Source: Raillietiella orientalis
Lineage: Eukaryota
Direction: 5' to 3'
Assembly: GCA_036172245.1 (NCBI GenBank)
Contig: JAYWIR010000009.1
Coordinates: 2,046,001-2,110,000, forward strand
DNA length: 64,000 bases
The translations under genes were made by a program, and so were the position numbers. A model generated the notes under the pieces. It did no database searches, was not told where the DNA came from, and saw only the letters and a list, made by a program, of their open reading frames with translations. Of the stretch, positions 27,494 through 39,143 are shown piece by piece. Numbering within the stretch: position 1 is the first letter of the stretch; every line of letters starts with the position of its first letter.

Positions 27494-30432
27494 TCACCAC
27501 AAGAGGGTTTGGTGAAAGCGTGCGTAACGAGAGATGGTATTTACAATCTCGATGTTACGCGCGAATACCAGACGTACGCTGGCTAGCCGAATACCGTGCG
27601 GGAGCCGAGAGGCAGGCGTGGCAATCCGGGTCGGCCAGCTTACTGGACGACCGGGGTTCGGAGCACTCGGCCCCCGCCCAGGTAAAAGGCTTATTAAAAA
27701 AATTCTACTCCTCCCTGTACGCGCGCGCTCCACCGGAACGGGATGTCTCGCGACTTCTTCTTCCGGAAGGCGCTCCGGCGATCGGGGAGGAAGATAGAAA
27801 GACCCTCGACGAGCCTTTCACGGTGGGCGGGATCATCTCGGCCATCGGAAGGCTCAAGAGGCGGAAGGCTCCAGGGGAGGACGGCCTGCCAGCGGAATTT
27901 TTTCAATGTTTCGCGGCAGAGCTCACTCCTCTGGTGAAGAAACTCACCTTGCTGATCCGCGAAACGGGCGAAGTCCCCGCCTCGTTTCGTTCGGCAAAGT
28001 TGCGTCTCATCCCTAAGGGAGGAGACCTTCGGAGCATGAGCAACTGGCGGCCGATTACCGTGATAAACGCGGACGCCAAGTTGCTGGCGAAATTGTGGGC
28101 TGAACGCCTGGGGCGGTTAGCGGAAAGCTTCATTAGCCCGGAGCAGACATATGCTGTTCCCGGGCGGAGCATGGATGCCAACCTGTTCCTCGCCAGCACC
28201 TTTTTCGCGCTCCAACAGGAAAGGGTCAGGATGGGCAACCGGACTTCCGGAATGTCCGCCGCTAGGGAACGGGTTGGTTGGGGGGGGAGGGAGCCCTCGC
28301 AGTCGCAGTCGATTTGCATAAAGCATTCGACTGTGTCGACCAGAGGCTCCTCCTGGAGCTCCTGGAACGCTTGGGATTCCCGGTCTCTTTGCTGACCTAC
28401 CTGCGATCCTGCTGGCGCGACGCGCTCATCCAGATCTTTTTCAGTGGACACACCGTGCACGGCGTACCGGTGCGACGCGGCATACGGCAGGGAGACAGCC
28501 TGAGTCCCTTGGTCTTCAGTACCTACTTCGAGTTGGTACTGAGAGTGTACAGGGAAACTCTAGCGCACCTGCCGCGCGACTATCCCGGTACGCCCGCGGT
28601 GTCAGCATATGCGGACGACCTACTGCTGCTGCTCCCTATGTCCACTCCGGCATCGGCGGTCGAGGAGTTCTTCGACCTGCTAAGTCGGGGAACAGGACTG
28701 ACGGTGAACAGGGCGAAGTCGTCCGTCATGCCAATCGGTGCGGCGTGGGCAGGGCAGCCGGACTGGGTCCGTTTGGGGATACCCACGGTACGGTACTTCA
28801 AGTACCTCGGTGTACCGATGGGTGATTATCTCCCTTCGGATGCGTGGTCCAGCTGCCTTCAAAAGGTAGAGACGGCGATCGGCCCGTTCCAAGGCCGCAG
28901 GCTTTTCCTGCCGGAACGGGCCGCGGTGTGGAACGCATTTGCGGCGCCCCTCCTCCGTTCCCTGCTTTTTGTTTGTCCCCCCACCCCAGAAACTAAAAAG
29001 CGGACGAAGGACCTCCTAAGGATTGCGCTGTAGGGTAATGGGAGGGCCCGAGTCCGGCTTGAGGACTTGAGCGCTCCGCGTCGGGACGGCGGTCTCGGCC
29101 TCCTGACGCTAGAGCGGCTGGAGCTCCAGCTCCAGTTTCGGTTATTCGCCCTAGTGGCGAAATATTGGAGTAGCAGTTGGTGCGAGCCCGCACGTCTCCT
29201 CGTCGAGCAGGTTACAGGCAAGGTGGGACTGTCATCCTTCCTTGCGCTCCGTCGGCGCCGCCTTGTCGGTCACTGCGGGTTGTAGCTACGGAGAGTGGCT
29301 GACCTGATGAGGAAGAACGCAGGATGCCTCTGCTGTCGCCCCGTTAACGGACCTGCATGGCTGCAGGAAACGGTTCAGACGTGGGCAAGGAACAACCAGC
29401 AACGCACCCAAGAAGGGCCGACACAATTCTTCGCCCGTAATGACCGCCTGACGCTCCGGGAGGTCCTGGAGAACCCCTAAAAACGAGCGTGGGCAAGAAA
29501 AACTCCCCTCGCTGCAATGCTGTTTCCGCTCGCGGAACATTTAAACGGCAACACTGCTGCGAAATGGGATGTTGATGTTAAAATCTCCGGAACGGAGAAA
29601 AAAATCGGGGAATGGAAAACGGGGATTCTCTGCGATACTGCGGCCCGGATTACCACCCCTATTGGACTTGAGCGCTGGGGCGAGCTGCTAGATGTTCCGC
29701 GGGAACAATTAAAGTGGCCCCCGCTGTTGATGAACACCTCCACCCTCCCCTTAAAATGGCAGGAGTCGGCGCTATTGTTGCTGCATTGGGGACTCCCCTG
29801 CAACGCCGACACCATTGGACCTGGGGAGCGGCGAGCCCCAATTGTGCGAGGTGTCGAGAACGGGAGTCCCTCTCTCATCTTCTTTTGGATTGTGTGGCTC
29901 TTCGGCCCCTTTGGAACCGTTTTGCCGCGGCAATCGGTATCCCCTGTGGCAACCCCAGAGACGCAGTTAGATCTTTCTTCGTTTGCGACGCCCTTCGGCC
30001 TTCGGCCTCGTTAGCAGCTCTGTGCTGCTTTCGCGGGATCGCTGCATGGAGCAAGGCAACGGGAGGACCTCGCGATAAGGGTGCCGTCCAGTGCGCAGCC
30101 GAATTTATGCGGACGGCGACAGGATGGACCCTTCTGGATTCAAACATCCAAAAACAGCTTGCCGGCATCCTGCAAAGGATGTAACGGCCCCACAGCAGAC
30201 TGTGATCCCTTCCCGAGCCCCCCAGATCTTGTTTTTTTATATTTCTTATTTTTGTTTTATTTTTTTGTTTTGTCCTTGCCCCCTCTGCTGCCGTGGTGGA
30301 CCGTACCGGAATACGAACCGGTGACCCGGCAGGCTTAATTCTGTGTACCAGTGCGTGGCCGGACCACCAGATCAGCCACCAACGCTTGTTTTATTCGAAA
30401 GAATGAACGCCTTGGCGCAACCGGGTGAGAAA
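27494..30432 (+). mobile_element. Family A ORF2 linker-RT-zinc finger and tail; probable 3' half of the middle element
   Basis: GFGESVRNER, KAPGEDGLPAEFF, NWRPIT, DLHKAFD, YADD and CARCRERESLSHLLLDC. GTGATCCCTTCC at 30202. Tail at 30402-30432. Confidence 0.93.
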
Positions 30433-31740
30433 CGAGCTCCCGGACGGCCAAGCTCCGGAGATGCTGGCGGAGGTGCTCCGCAGCCTCCGGATTTCTAAAC
30501 CAGTCGGCCGGCAACCTCCAGACGTGCGTCGGAGGGCCCTTGCCAGGCGGGAGTAGCTCAAACTCCAGCCTGTAGTGGTCGGAAAGCTCGGACGGCACGG
30601 GACCTCTTCGACCCACCCGACAATGCAGGTGATCGTCGAGGAACACATGGTCCGGCAAAGCACGCATCCCGGGATCGTCGGCCAGCAAATTCGAGGCGTG
30701 CACGGACGCGCACACCTCGTTCACCAGCCGTTTCTCCCGGCGACGGTGAGACTCCTCCGCTAGCGCGTGGACGTTGAAGTCCCCGGCTACGAGGTGAGCC
30801 ACGTCGGGGCCGGAGTTGCTGAGCCAGCGGTCGCGCAGTCTCTCGAAAAACTCCAGTTTCTCGGTGTGACGCGCGGAGCCGCTCGGCGCGTACACGTTCG
30901 TGACGACAAGGTTGATCGATTCGGACCACTGGAGAACAAGTTGGCCCACACGACCTTCCTCGTCGAAACAAACGCTCCGCACCGCTCCCGCCACCCTGCC
31001 CCGGACAAGGAATGCGACTCCGCAGGTATTCTGGGAGCCTGACCTCCAATGGAGCGTCCCGCCTGCGCGAACTTGCAGATCGGCCGCTTGCTGCTCGGAG
31101 AGTGCGTGAATCTCCTGCAGCAGGGCCAGATCGAAGTCGCGCAAGACGTTGGCAACCAATCGCCTCTTCTCGTTGTCCTGCAGCCCGTTGACGTTCCAAC
31201 AGGCCACTCGGACGCCACGGGAAGAAGCGAGACCGCGCATTGCTGCTACGGACATGGAGGTGCGTTCCTCGCCCCGTCCGGCGAGGCATCAGCCGGGAGC
31301 ACGGCGGATGGGGGAGCGCAAGCGCTTCCAGTCTCCGCCGCGCCGCTCGCGGCTGGCTCGGTGGAGTCGAGGACCATTGCCTCGGGCTCCGAGGAGCATC
31401 GGGAAGCGTTTTTGGCATCAGGCTCTTGCCTGGGAAGTTTGGGCTTGCGCGCAGCCCTGGGTTTAGCCGGGGCTTGGCGAGCCTTTGCGCTGCCCTCGGA
31501 TCCACCTCGGAGTCGGAATTCCGCACGCGTGGCGGGTGTTTTGCCTGCCGTGTCCTTGGCTGGCAGCTCGGAGCTGGTCCAGAATTCTTAGAGGGTGCTG
31601 TCGGCGTCGATCGCCCTTGCAGGGTCGCGAAGTCGGCACCTCCCCTTCCTTCGCGGGTGACTGCGACAGCGCGCGCAAAGGCAGCGGAGGCTTTTTCGTG
31701 CGCCTTTCTTGGCGCGCGGGACTGCCTCTTCTCCCCGCCT
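30433..31740 (-). mobile_element. Family A ORF1 C-terminal part plus APE domain; probable 5' half of the outer element
   Basis: MRGLASSRGVRVACWNVNG...AGDFN...LSDH...AEHLRQHLRSLAVREL, cut by a + strand tail at 30432. Confidence 0.88.
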
Positions 31741-31749
31741 ACCTTATTG

Positions 31750-32313
31750 ATGGGAAAGTGTGAAGGATCTCGTGGTTTCCGTGCAAGAAGCGAAGTGCAC
31801 GCATTGTGGAGACGCGTGAACCCTGTCAAGAAGGTTCTCCGCCTCTCTTGCGTACTCGGCACAACGCGCGTCACCATGGACAACCGGAGGCTGCTTCCTT
31901 CGCAGCGCCTCTTTGGTAACGCCGTCGTGTGTCTTCGTCTCGCCGGACAAACCCCGGCTTGCGGCAACCGCGGCAAGGAAGGCCACCGTCCCCAAAAGTG
32001 CCCCTCTCACAATTGCAACTCATATTTTTATGGGGTCGCACGCGTTTTTGTCAAGCTCCCGAGAGCGAAACCAAGTAGGAAGTTTTCGCTAATGTGGAAG
32101 TGCGGCCGCTGGAAGGCAGAAATGCCTGAAGACGCCGCAGTATTTGCGACGGGAGACGTGAGCCCGAGGTCTGCCAGAATTTCTGCGGTCGTTAAGCGCT
32201 CGTCGAGGCTTACTTTCTCCTCCTCCCCTATGGCCCGGGGATCCGTCCGTGAGCAGGAGCCGGGAGGCGTCCCTTTCCGTCGGTGCCCAGCCATATGGGG
32301 AGGAATAAAAAGG
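31750..32313. mobile_element. Scrambled family A pieces: + ORF1 middle (31750-32020), + head (32032-32162), - ORF2 linker (32163-32313)
   Basis: EVHALW...TRVT...CGNRGKEGHRPQKCP on +. 32032-32162 matches 34004-34133. FYSSPYGWAPTERDASRLLL on -. Confidence 0.7.
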
Positions 32314-32339
32314 CACGGGGCCGGACCGAACCGAACCGT

Positions 32340-32420
32340 ATTTATCCTAACCTACCCTAACCTCTTCTTAGCAACCTTAACCCACCCTATCCTTCCCTAA
32401 CCAAACCTTACCTAAGTTAA
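32340..32420 (+). repeat. Degenerate CCTAA-rich tract
   Basis: cctaacctaccctaacc...ccttaaccc...ccctaaccaaaccttacctaa. Confidence 0.5.
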
Positions 32421-32496
32421 CTCGGTAAATTTTTGTGCATTTTAGATTCACTTGAAAATTCTTCTTTTTTTTCTTTTTATTTGCAGTTTTTGGCTC

Positions 32497-32889
32497 TTAC
32501 TGGATTTTAAATAGTATGAAGGAGAATAGGATGAATGAGAGATATTTCAGTTGAAACAAGATGTGCGGTCGGGGATCTTGTGTGACGGTAATCAGATTCA
32601 TTAGAAACTGGTGAGATCTATAACTGCTATTTCTGAGTAGATTGAACAGATCTGCCAATGTGTGGATTCCAGTGTCCTTGAGTCTGCGAATCAAACTGTC
32701 ATCCATGTTTGGTATTCTTTCAATGCTGTAGTAATAATCTAATTCACTGATGAAAATCCAATAGTCCCTATCGTTAAATAAGTGGCCATATGGAGTGCTC
32801 TGTAGCCCGTTGGACAGCTCAATGAATCCTCTGAAGACCGTCGACAGCTTATGGCATTGCATTTCTGCAAATTCTGGGTCCATGGCCAT
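32497..32889 (-). CDS. Divergent barrier-to-autointegration factor (BAF)-like helix-hairpin-helix protein
   Basis: 130-aa open ORF. FISE...IERIPNMDDSLIRRLKDTGI...F...L aligns ungapped by eye to BAF residues 10-63 as recalled (F10, E13, L30, L34, G38, F59, L63 identical). A TTGTAG acceptor-like site lies just upstream of the ATG. Confidence 0.5.
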   Translation of the reverse strand: MAMDPEFAEMQCHKLSTVFRGFIELSNGLQSTPYGHLFNDRDYWIFISELDYYYSIERIPNMDDSLIRRLKDTGIHTLADLFNLLRNSSYRSHQFLMNLITVTQDPRPHILFQLKYLSFILFSFILFKIQ

Positions 32890-34002
32890 AGAACCTACAA
32901 TTTCAGAATTCTTAGGGTTGTGTTTATGTAATACTTAGTTGCTTACCTGTTTGGAGGGGTTTATCTGGAATTTTCTATAAGATGAAGCTAAGTAGTGTGA
33001 CTGAAACGGAGAAATAAAGTTAGGTATTATGGATTGGTTTCTAAAGTTATGCTGCATTTTGGTTCGGTTTTCGTGTAGCCATAGAAATGACTCTCCCCCT
33101 CTTGTTTTTGATTGTCTCATTCTTGTTTTTATTTTCTCATGTCGACATTTGGTTTTGTGTTTCTTCTAATTTGGATTCACAGAAAGTTTGCGAAAATCTG
33201 CACCGTTGGTATTACTTAAGAACTGATTTCCATTTTGCTTCCCTTCTTCGAAATTGAACTCATGAAAGCAGTTCTAGAATATGTTTCTCCTCTTAAAAAA
33301 AGAAGTCGTGGTCGGAACTTTTCGAAATTATCCACTTGAACGTGAACTGGTGGTTTCCCGTCTTTCATAGCCATCAGCATCCTCCATCAGCCGTCTCCTT
33401 CCCATCCATGATTTGAGGGCTTCTTTTGCGTCTGTTGGTTGTAGTGCGGATGTTTGCCTCATTGGTATAGGAAATCTTTCTTTAAGTTTCAAGAACTGCT
33501 CCGAACAGCAGCCACGGCGAATCCATCTTTTACTGAAGGGTTCTGTTTTCCAAAATGGCTGGCTGATTTTGTTGGTCTCCTTCTTTGGTTTAACAGGTTT
33601 CTTCGCCACAGGGCATTCTTTTAGCGTCGTTGAGTTGATTTTGTTTCACACGCCCGGTGCTTTCTGTCTGAGGGGGGTGATGAGCTTCACTCCTCATTTC
33701 TCCGTTATGCTGCTGCTGAGCTATTCGAGCTTATTCCTTGAGTGATGACAGCGCTACGGAGAGAAAACTTTTTACAGCTCACGCCCATTCACTGGGATCC
33801 TCCAGGAACTCTCGGAGCGTGCAACGGCTGTTTCGCATGATCGGGAACCGTTGCACCAGTTCCATGTTTTGCACCTGGCTTCTGGCCCACGAGCAAACGG
33901 TCTCCTCTATGCAGGTTCTATCGCTATTGGAACGGCAGTGGATTCATCGCAAAATCTTCCCTTTCACGCTTCTCACCCTCGGAAGACGCAGCTCACCTTG
34001 CT

Positions 34003-34963
34003 GGGGGTCGCAGGCGTTTTTGGTGAGCTCCCGTGAGCGAAACCAAGTAAGAGTTCGAGTGTGTGTGGAAATGCGGCCGTTGGAAGGCAGAAATGCCAGA
34101 AGACGCCGCAGCATCTGCGACGGGAGGCGTGAGATCCACGTCTGCCCAACCCATGGAGGTGGGGTCGTGCCCCACCACAAATCGGCCCCTGCCGCCCCGG
34201 CGAGGGCATGGAATAAAGTGGCTGAGACGGCTCCCCCGGACGTAGCCGCGGAAGTGCAAGCCTACATAAAGGGGGGCTACAACCCTGCCCTCCTTTGCAA
34301 GGTAGGAAATTTAGGTTACGCCATCCGTCGGATGGGAATAACAGACGAGGAGATTCTGTGCTTCTCGGTCCGGAGCGGCGGACAGTTCGCAGAATTCATC
34401 TGCAGAGATGCAGCGCTCACGCACAAACTGCTCTGCACGTCCGTGCCTTTCGAGGGACGTAATCTCCTCCCTCACACGGTGGCTCACTCGATAGTGATCC
34501 ACCTCACAGGAACAACGCTGCGGATGGGCAAGGAAGCCATCCGTACAGAAATTAGCAAGTTCGCGGAGAGTTAACGCCATGTGGAAGAAGCCCAACGCCT
34601 TTACTTATGGAGGCGCATTTAGTGGGCGCATGGCCGCTCGCGTAACTGAGGAGGGCGTCGCGATTGCCCCACCTGGATCCAAGCATAGAGCAAGAGCTTG
34701 CGGGCATCCTGCAAAGAATGCAACGGCCCCAGCAGCTACAGTGATCCCTTCCTGTACCCTCCCACTTTTTCTTTTCTTTTTGTTTTGTTTTTTTTGTTTT
34801 TCCCCCTTCCCCCTGCTGCTGTGGTGGACCGTTCCGGTCTGCGAACCGGTGGCCCGGTAGGCTCTGTGTTTCTTCGTGCGTGGCTGGAGCAATGGTCCAG
34901 CCACTGCACGTCTTTGTAAATGTTTGTTTTATAATAAACGCCCCGGCGAAATCCGGGTGAAAA
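34003..34963 (+). mobile_element. Short internally deleted family A derivative (head + ORF1 N-half + ORF2 end + tail)
   Basis: MPEDAAA..., GYNPALLCKVGNL and RMAARVT are joined at ~34665 to HLDPSIEQELAGILQRM. GTGATCCCTTCC at 34741. Tail at 34933-34963. Confidence 0.85.
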
Positions 34964-35497
34964 TCAAACGCCTTGCGGAGATCGACCGCAACCGCCAAGG
35001 CACCCGGCGCTTCCTCAGGCCGAATGCAGCGACGCCTAGCCCCGGCAGCCGCAGATGCGGTTGCCTGGCTGTCGTGCGCCACACAACGTTGCTGCTCGAG
35101 CCACGTGCGCGCGAAGAACAGGTTCGCCTTCATGGACCGCCCGGGAACAGCGTAAGACTGCTCTGGACTTACCACGGATCCAGCGATCCTGCCTAGGCGC
35201 GCCACCCACAGCCTGGAGAACAACTTGACGTCCGCATTCACCAAGGTGATCGGACGCCAGTTGCTTAAATGGCGCATGTCTCCGCCTTTCGGCAAGAGAC
35301 GCACCCTTGCTGAGCGAAACGAGGCCGGGACATTGCCCGTCTCTCGCATCAGCGCAGAAAGCCTCAGCACGAGGGGGATGAGTTCCGCCGAAAAGCACTG
35401 GAAGAACTCCGCAGGCAGACCATCCTCACCTGGCGCCTTGCGAAAAAGCGCCAACCGAAAAAGAACACCACAGCCGGAGCGCCAGAATGCACGTCCG
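34964..35497 (-). mobile_element. Family A head fused directly to RT N-terminal part; truncated at KAFD by an antisense tail
   Basis: CGGACGTG...GCGCTCC head at ~35497, then RKAPGEDGLPAEFF, NWRPIT and AVDLRKAFD. Confidence 0.85.
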
Positions 35498-35526
35498 AAC
35501 AATCGCGGGGGGTCGGTCCGGTGTTG

Positions 35527-36013
35527 TTTATCACCCGGGTGCGCCGGGGCGTTTATTGAAAAACTATCCGGGAACAGAGTTCCCGGACAAAGGATACAGA
35601 GAAGAGGAAGGGGGTGGGATCCCCGACACGCAGGTCGGTATACCGAAAGTCCGGAGTTCGCTGACGTCGCGACCATGCCCCACTTTATTTCTATGGCATT
35701 CTTTCATTGATCTGTCTGAGAGAACAACCACTCAGAAACCTCCTCTCCCGTCCCTAAGCAGTGCTGCCAGGGTGCGATCATCAAGCCGGTTAGTCCGTAA
35801 AAGACGGTTCCAGCGGTTTCACGCTCAGGGAGAGACGGTATGCCTCGTCATCATGGCTGTGCTTTCTCCGAGATTGGAGGAGTTTCGTGAGAATCACACT
35901 CTATCAAAGATCCTGATGAAGTATGATTTCCGGTGTTGTGTTGGCCGTTAGTGGGCCCATGTACCACGTTTTGTATGTTTTTGTAATAAACGCCTCGCCA
36001 TACGCGGGTGGCA
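35527..36013. mobile_element. Segment bounded by two outward-facing family A tails
   Basis: TCACCCGGGTGCGCCGGGGCGTTTATT at 35531-35557 (minus tail) and AATAAACGCCTCGCCATACGCGGGTG at 35985-36010 (plus tail). Confidence 0.6.
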
Positions 36014-36580
36014 ACGCCAAATCCGGGGGGCAGGCAGTGCATGGGGAACTCTTCGCAGAACTCGCGGACCGAGGTTCATCAGCCCCACGCCAACTGCCCG
36101 CCTACCCAATCGAACCCAGTTTTTCAGAGTTTCGAAAACGAAAACTACAATAAAAAACGCCTGACGCGATTACTTTCTTCAACCACGGTTGTGCGTAAAC
36201 GTGAACTTTTTATAGCAGCATTTATGGTGGGTGTCGAATTATTAGTTGTCGAATTAGGTGAATCTTTCTGCATTATAAAAACGCTATGGAGCTTTCTGTC
36301 TTCCTCGTTTAATAGCACAAGTTGCTTTTCTTAATTATGTACTGAAATACGTACTATTTGTATTCATGAACTGTTGAAGAACGTTGTTTGTGAAGTTACA
36401 GTTTGGACTCCACTAATTGCATTCATCTTTCGTGAACTGACATCTACTGCTTCGGACTCTGGAAGTTCGTGGTGGATTTCCAAAATATGTTGCTCTGTTT
36501 CAAATACCTTGTCATCCATTTTTCAACATCATCTTAATGTTTCCCTGCATATGTTTTTAAGAATTTGTCATGATAAACTT

Positions 36581-38064
36581 TTATGTTAGTATTTTACTAC
36601 TACCAGTCGATAATCCATTTGTTTCCATGGAGTTTGTGGAGTCTTTGTTTACCACATCATGCTGATCCCTTCTCTCACAAGCTTCTTCCCAAATTTTCTG
36701 TTTGGATGTAACCCACTGGCACCAACATTCTCGTGGTTGCTGGAGTGGTGATCGTTCTTTTTCTTTGAAGGGAAATATAAGATGCCTTGTAAATTCTCCT
36801 CGAAGGTCTTGCAGTTGCTGTTGAAGCTTTTCTTTTTGTGTGCATGCCTCAGCCAACTTTGTTTGACGTTCTTCCTGTTTCCGGGGCCAGCTTATTTCTT
36901 GTGCAGAAGGACTATAAAGAAAAGAAAACGCCATTCCTTAAGAAAGTAAAGAAATTATGCCTTCGTTTCCATGCTTACATCTTCATTCAGCTTACATGAC
37001 TCGAAGTCATGTAGAACTTCCTGTTGCTGTGAGCAGTTCATTTCTTGCTGATTATTCTCGTCGTTTATTATCGCTATTTGTTTTTGCATATCTTCATTCT
37101 TATCCGGGAGCTCTTTTTGCCCGATCTTTGCTGTTTTAATAATTTGATCACATGTGATCACATGCAATTGGAATTGGAATGACAGAATGCATGATGTACC
37201 CCTTAAAACCCTTTTCATAATTCTGAACACAGACATTCAAAATTTCCAATATTTCCCTAAAATTCCCTCAAGTGATGCCGAATGCTTTAATTCTTTGAGG
37301 GGGCACATCAAAGAATTGAGCATTTATCATCACTTGAGGGAGCTGTTGTGCTCCTCATGCAGTTAGATCATGGTCTCTTCTTCGATCTTCATCTTATCCT
37401 TAATTCTTCATATCTTATTTCTTAAAATTTCTCGCAGAATACAAGCATACAATAGTCCTACAATCACTCTGTACAATTTCTCAAGAGTTTTTACTAAATT
37501 ATCTAGTTTTTCTACAGAACTCAGCATTTGTGAGCGTTTTTCATCTGATTCGTGCTGCAAATTTGAAGGTCAGTGAGGAACGCATTGCAAACTCCTTCCA
37601 AATTATTCTTATTCAATTGAATTCTATATAAAAACCCCTTTTCCTGCCTCCAATTCATATGCTTTACCATCAAATTTCAAACACTCCGCATTCATTTCAT
37701 TCTAGTTTTCTTTTCTCAATAACTTCTGCACAGCTCTTCAATTCTTCTTCAATCATGTGATAATGGAGTATTACTTCTTATGCCTGTGAGGATATATTGC
37801 ATCAGTTTCCAGCAGCAACTCTTCATTCTTCTGCAGAAGAATGTTTCTCTCGTTCCAATGCAGCTCTTCATCATGCTCATATTGCAATTTAATTTCCTGC
37901 TTTTGACCAATGGCCGAGAAAAGAGAATCCACAGCATTCCTTGAGTCAGTTACTCCTTTATCTAAATGAATGAGCGCAGATATCTGGCGACAAAATCGTT
38001 TGGCATCTGTAAAATGGATATTATGAATCCCTTTCCCTCTCTTTTTTTGTCTTTCAATCATCAT
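36581..38064 (-). pseudogene. Fragmented E/K/Q-rich coiled-coil-like coding remnant, unidentified
   Basis: Several short minus-strand ORFs with heptad-like composition (e.g. QKEKLQQQLQDLRGEF), broken by stops. Confidence 0.3.
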
Positions 38065-39143
38065 CAGGGTTGAGAATATCCAACAGGGTAAATTTCCTGA
38101 TACCCAATCGAGGAAGAAGTCCTTTTAACATCTGAAAGAATGCTTACTGTTCGGAGAGACCTTCGTTATGGGACCACAGATGTTTGTTTTCCACATCAGC
38201 CTGCAACGCAAATAACACGTAAGAAGGATTTTATCACCGCACAGCACAACACGCACAAAAGCATTCTGATGTGATAAAAGATGCACTTTATGGATTATAT
38301 TCCCATCAAATGTTCAGAAAGCATCCACACAGTACAAGTAATAGTAGTTGTTGCGATTTAACCATTAAGGTATTGGTTCCAATAACATTTCTAACTGCAT
38401 CCCATACACAAATATCCCCAGAGGTATCATAATCAGCACATTCAACAGATGCACAAATTCATTTATGTGTCCACCTATTCTGATTAGGGGCAGAAGGTAA
38501 AGGCAAATGAATTGAACAAACACGTGCTTACAATTTTCAACTGACTGAGCAACCCGAACTGATCAGATCCGCCATCATTCTTGTCGTATGGCAAACAAGA
38601 ATAATAAAATTGGCAAATCCATGCTTTCCTTCTGAAATCAATCGCTTTTCCTTAGGTCCAACCCTTTGAAATGAGCGCCAAAAGATCACACTGAGTAGAA
38701 AAAGCCGAGCTGTGATGAACTTTGCAAGAATGGCAAGATTGATCGTTCTTAAATAATTTAGCCTATTAGTGGGCAACATCAGCAATCCAATTAACACGAA
38801 ATAACTGCATCTTGCAAACAGCAGATCATTGTAAAAAACCTGTGCATCGGTAAAAAATCACACTCCACTATGAACTAACCTGGCAATATCTACCAATTGC
38901 AAGATAACCAACTGGGTATCATTGACTTGCGTTTCACGGCTGTTGAAATGCAACCATCGGGGTCGAACCCCCGTGCAAAACAAGAAAGCAACCCCTTTGC
39001 TAAGAGCACATCTGGAGCCCGCAACTGGGCTTATTCGCAGCACATTCGTTGCAGACATTTTTCATGTAATCGGCGATACCATTCTCGTCCAAAGCAGGGA
39101 AGAGGGTCTCAGGGGTCCCATCCTCTCGAAACCGGGTGTACCC

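Noticed and set aside
16969..31976. Many long antisense or alternate-frame ORFs
   Set aside because: Shadow ORFs of GC-rich retrotransposon coding sequence.
32340..32420. True interstitial TTAGG telomere array
   Set aside because: Short and too degenerate; kept only as a low-complexity tract.
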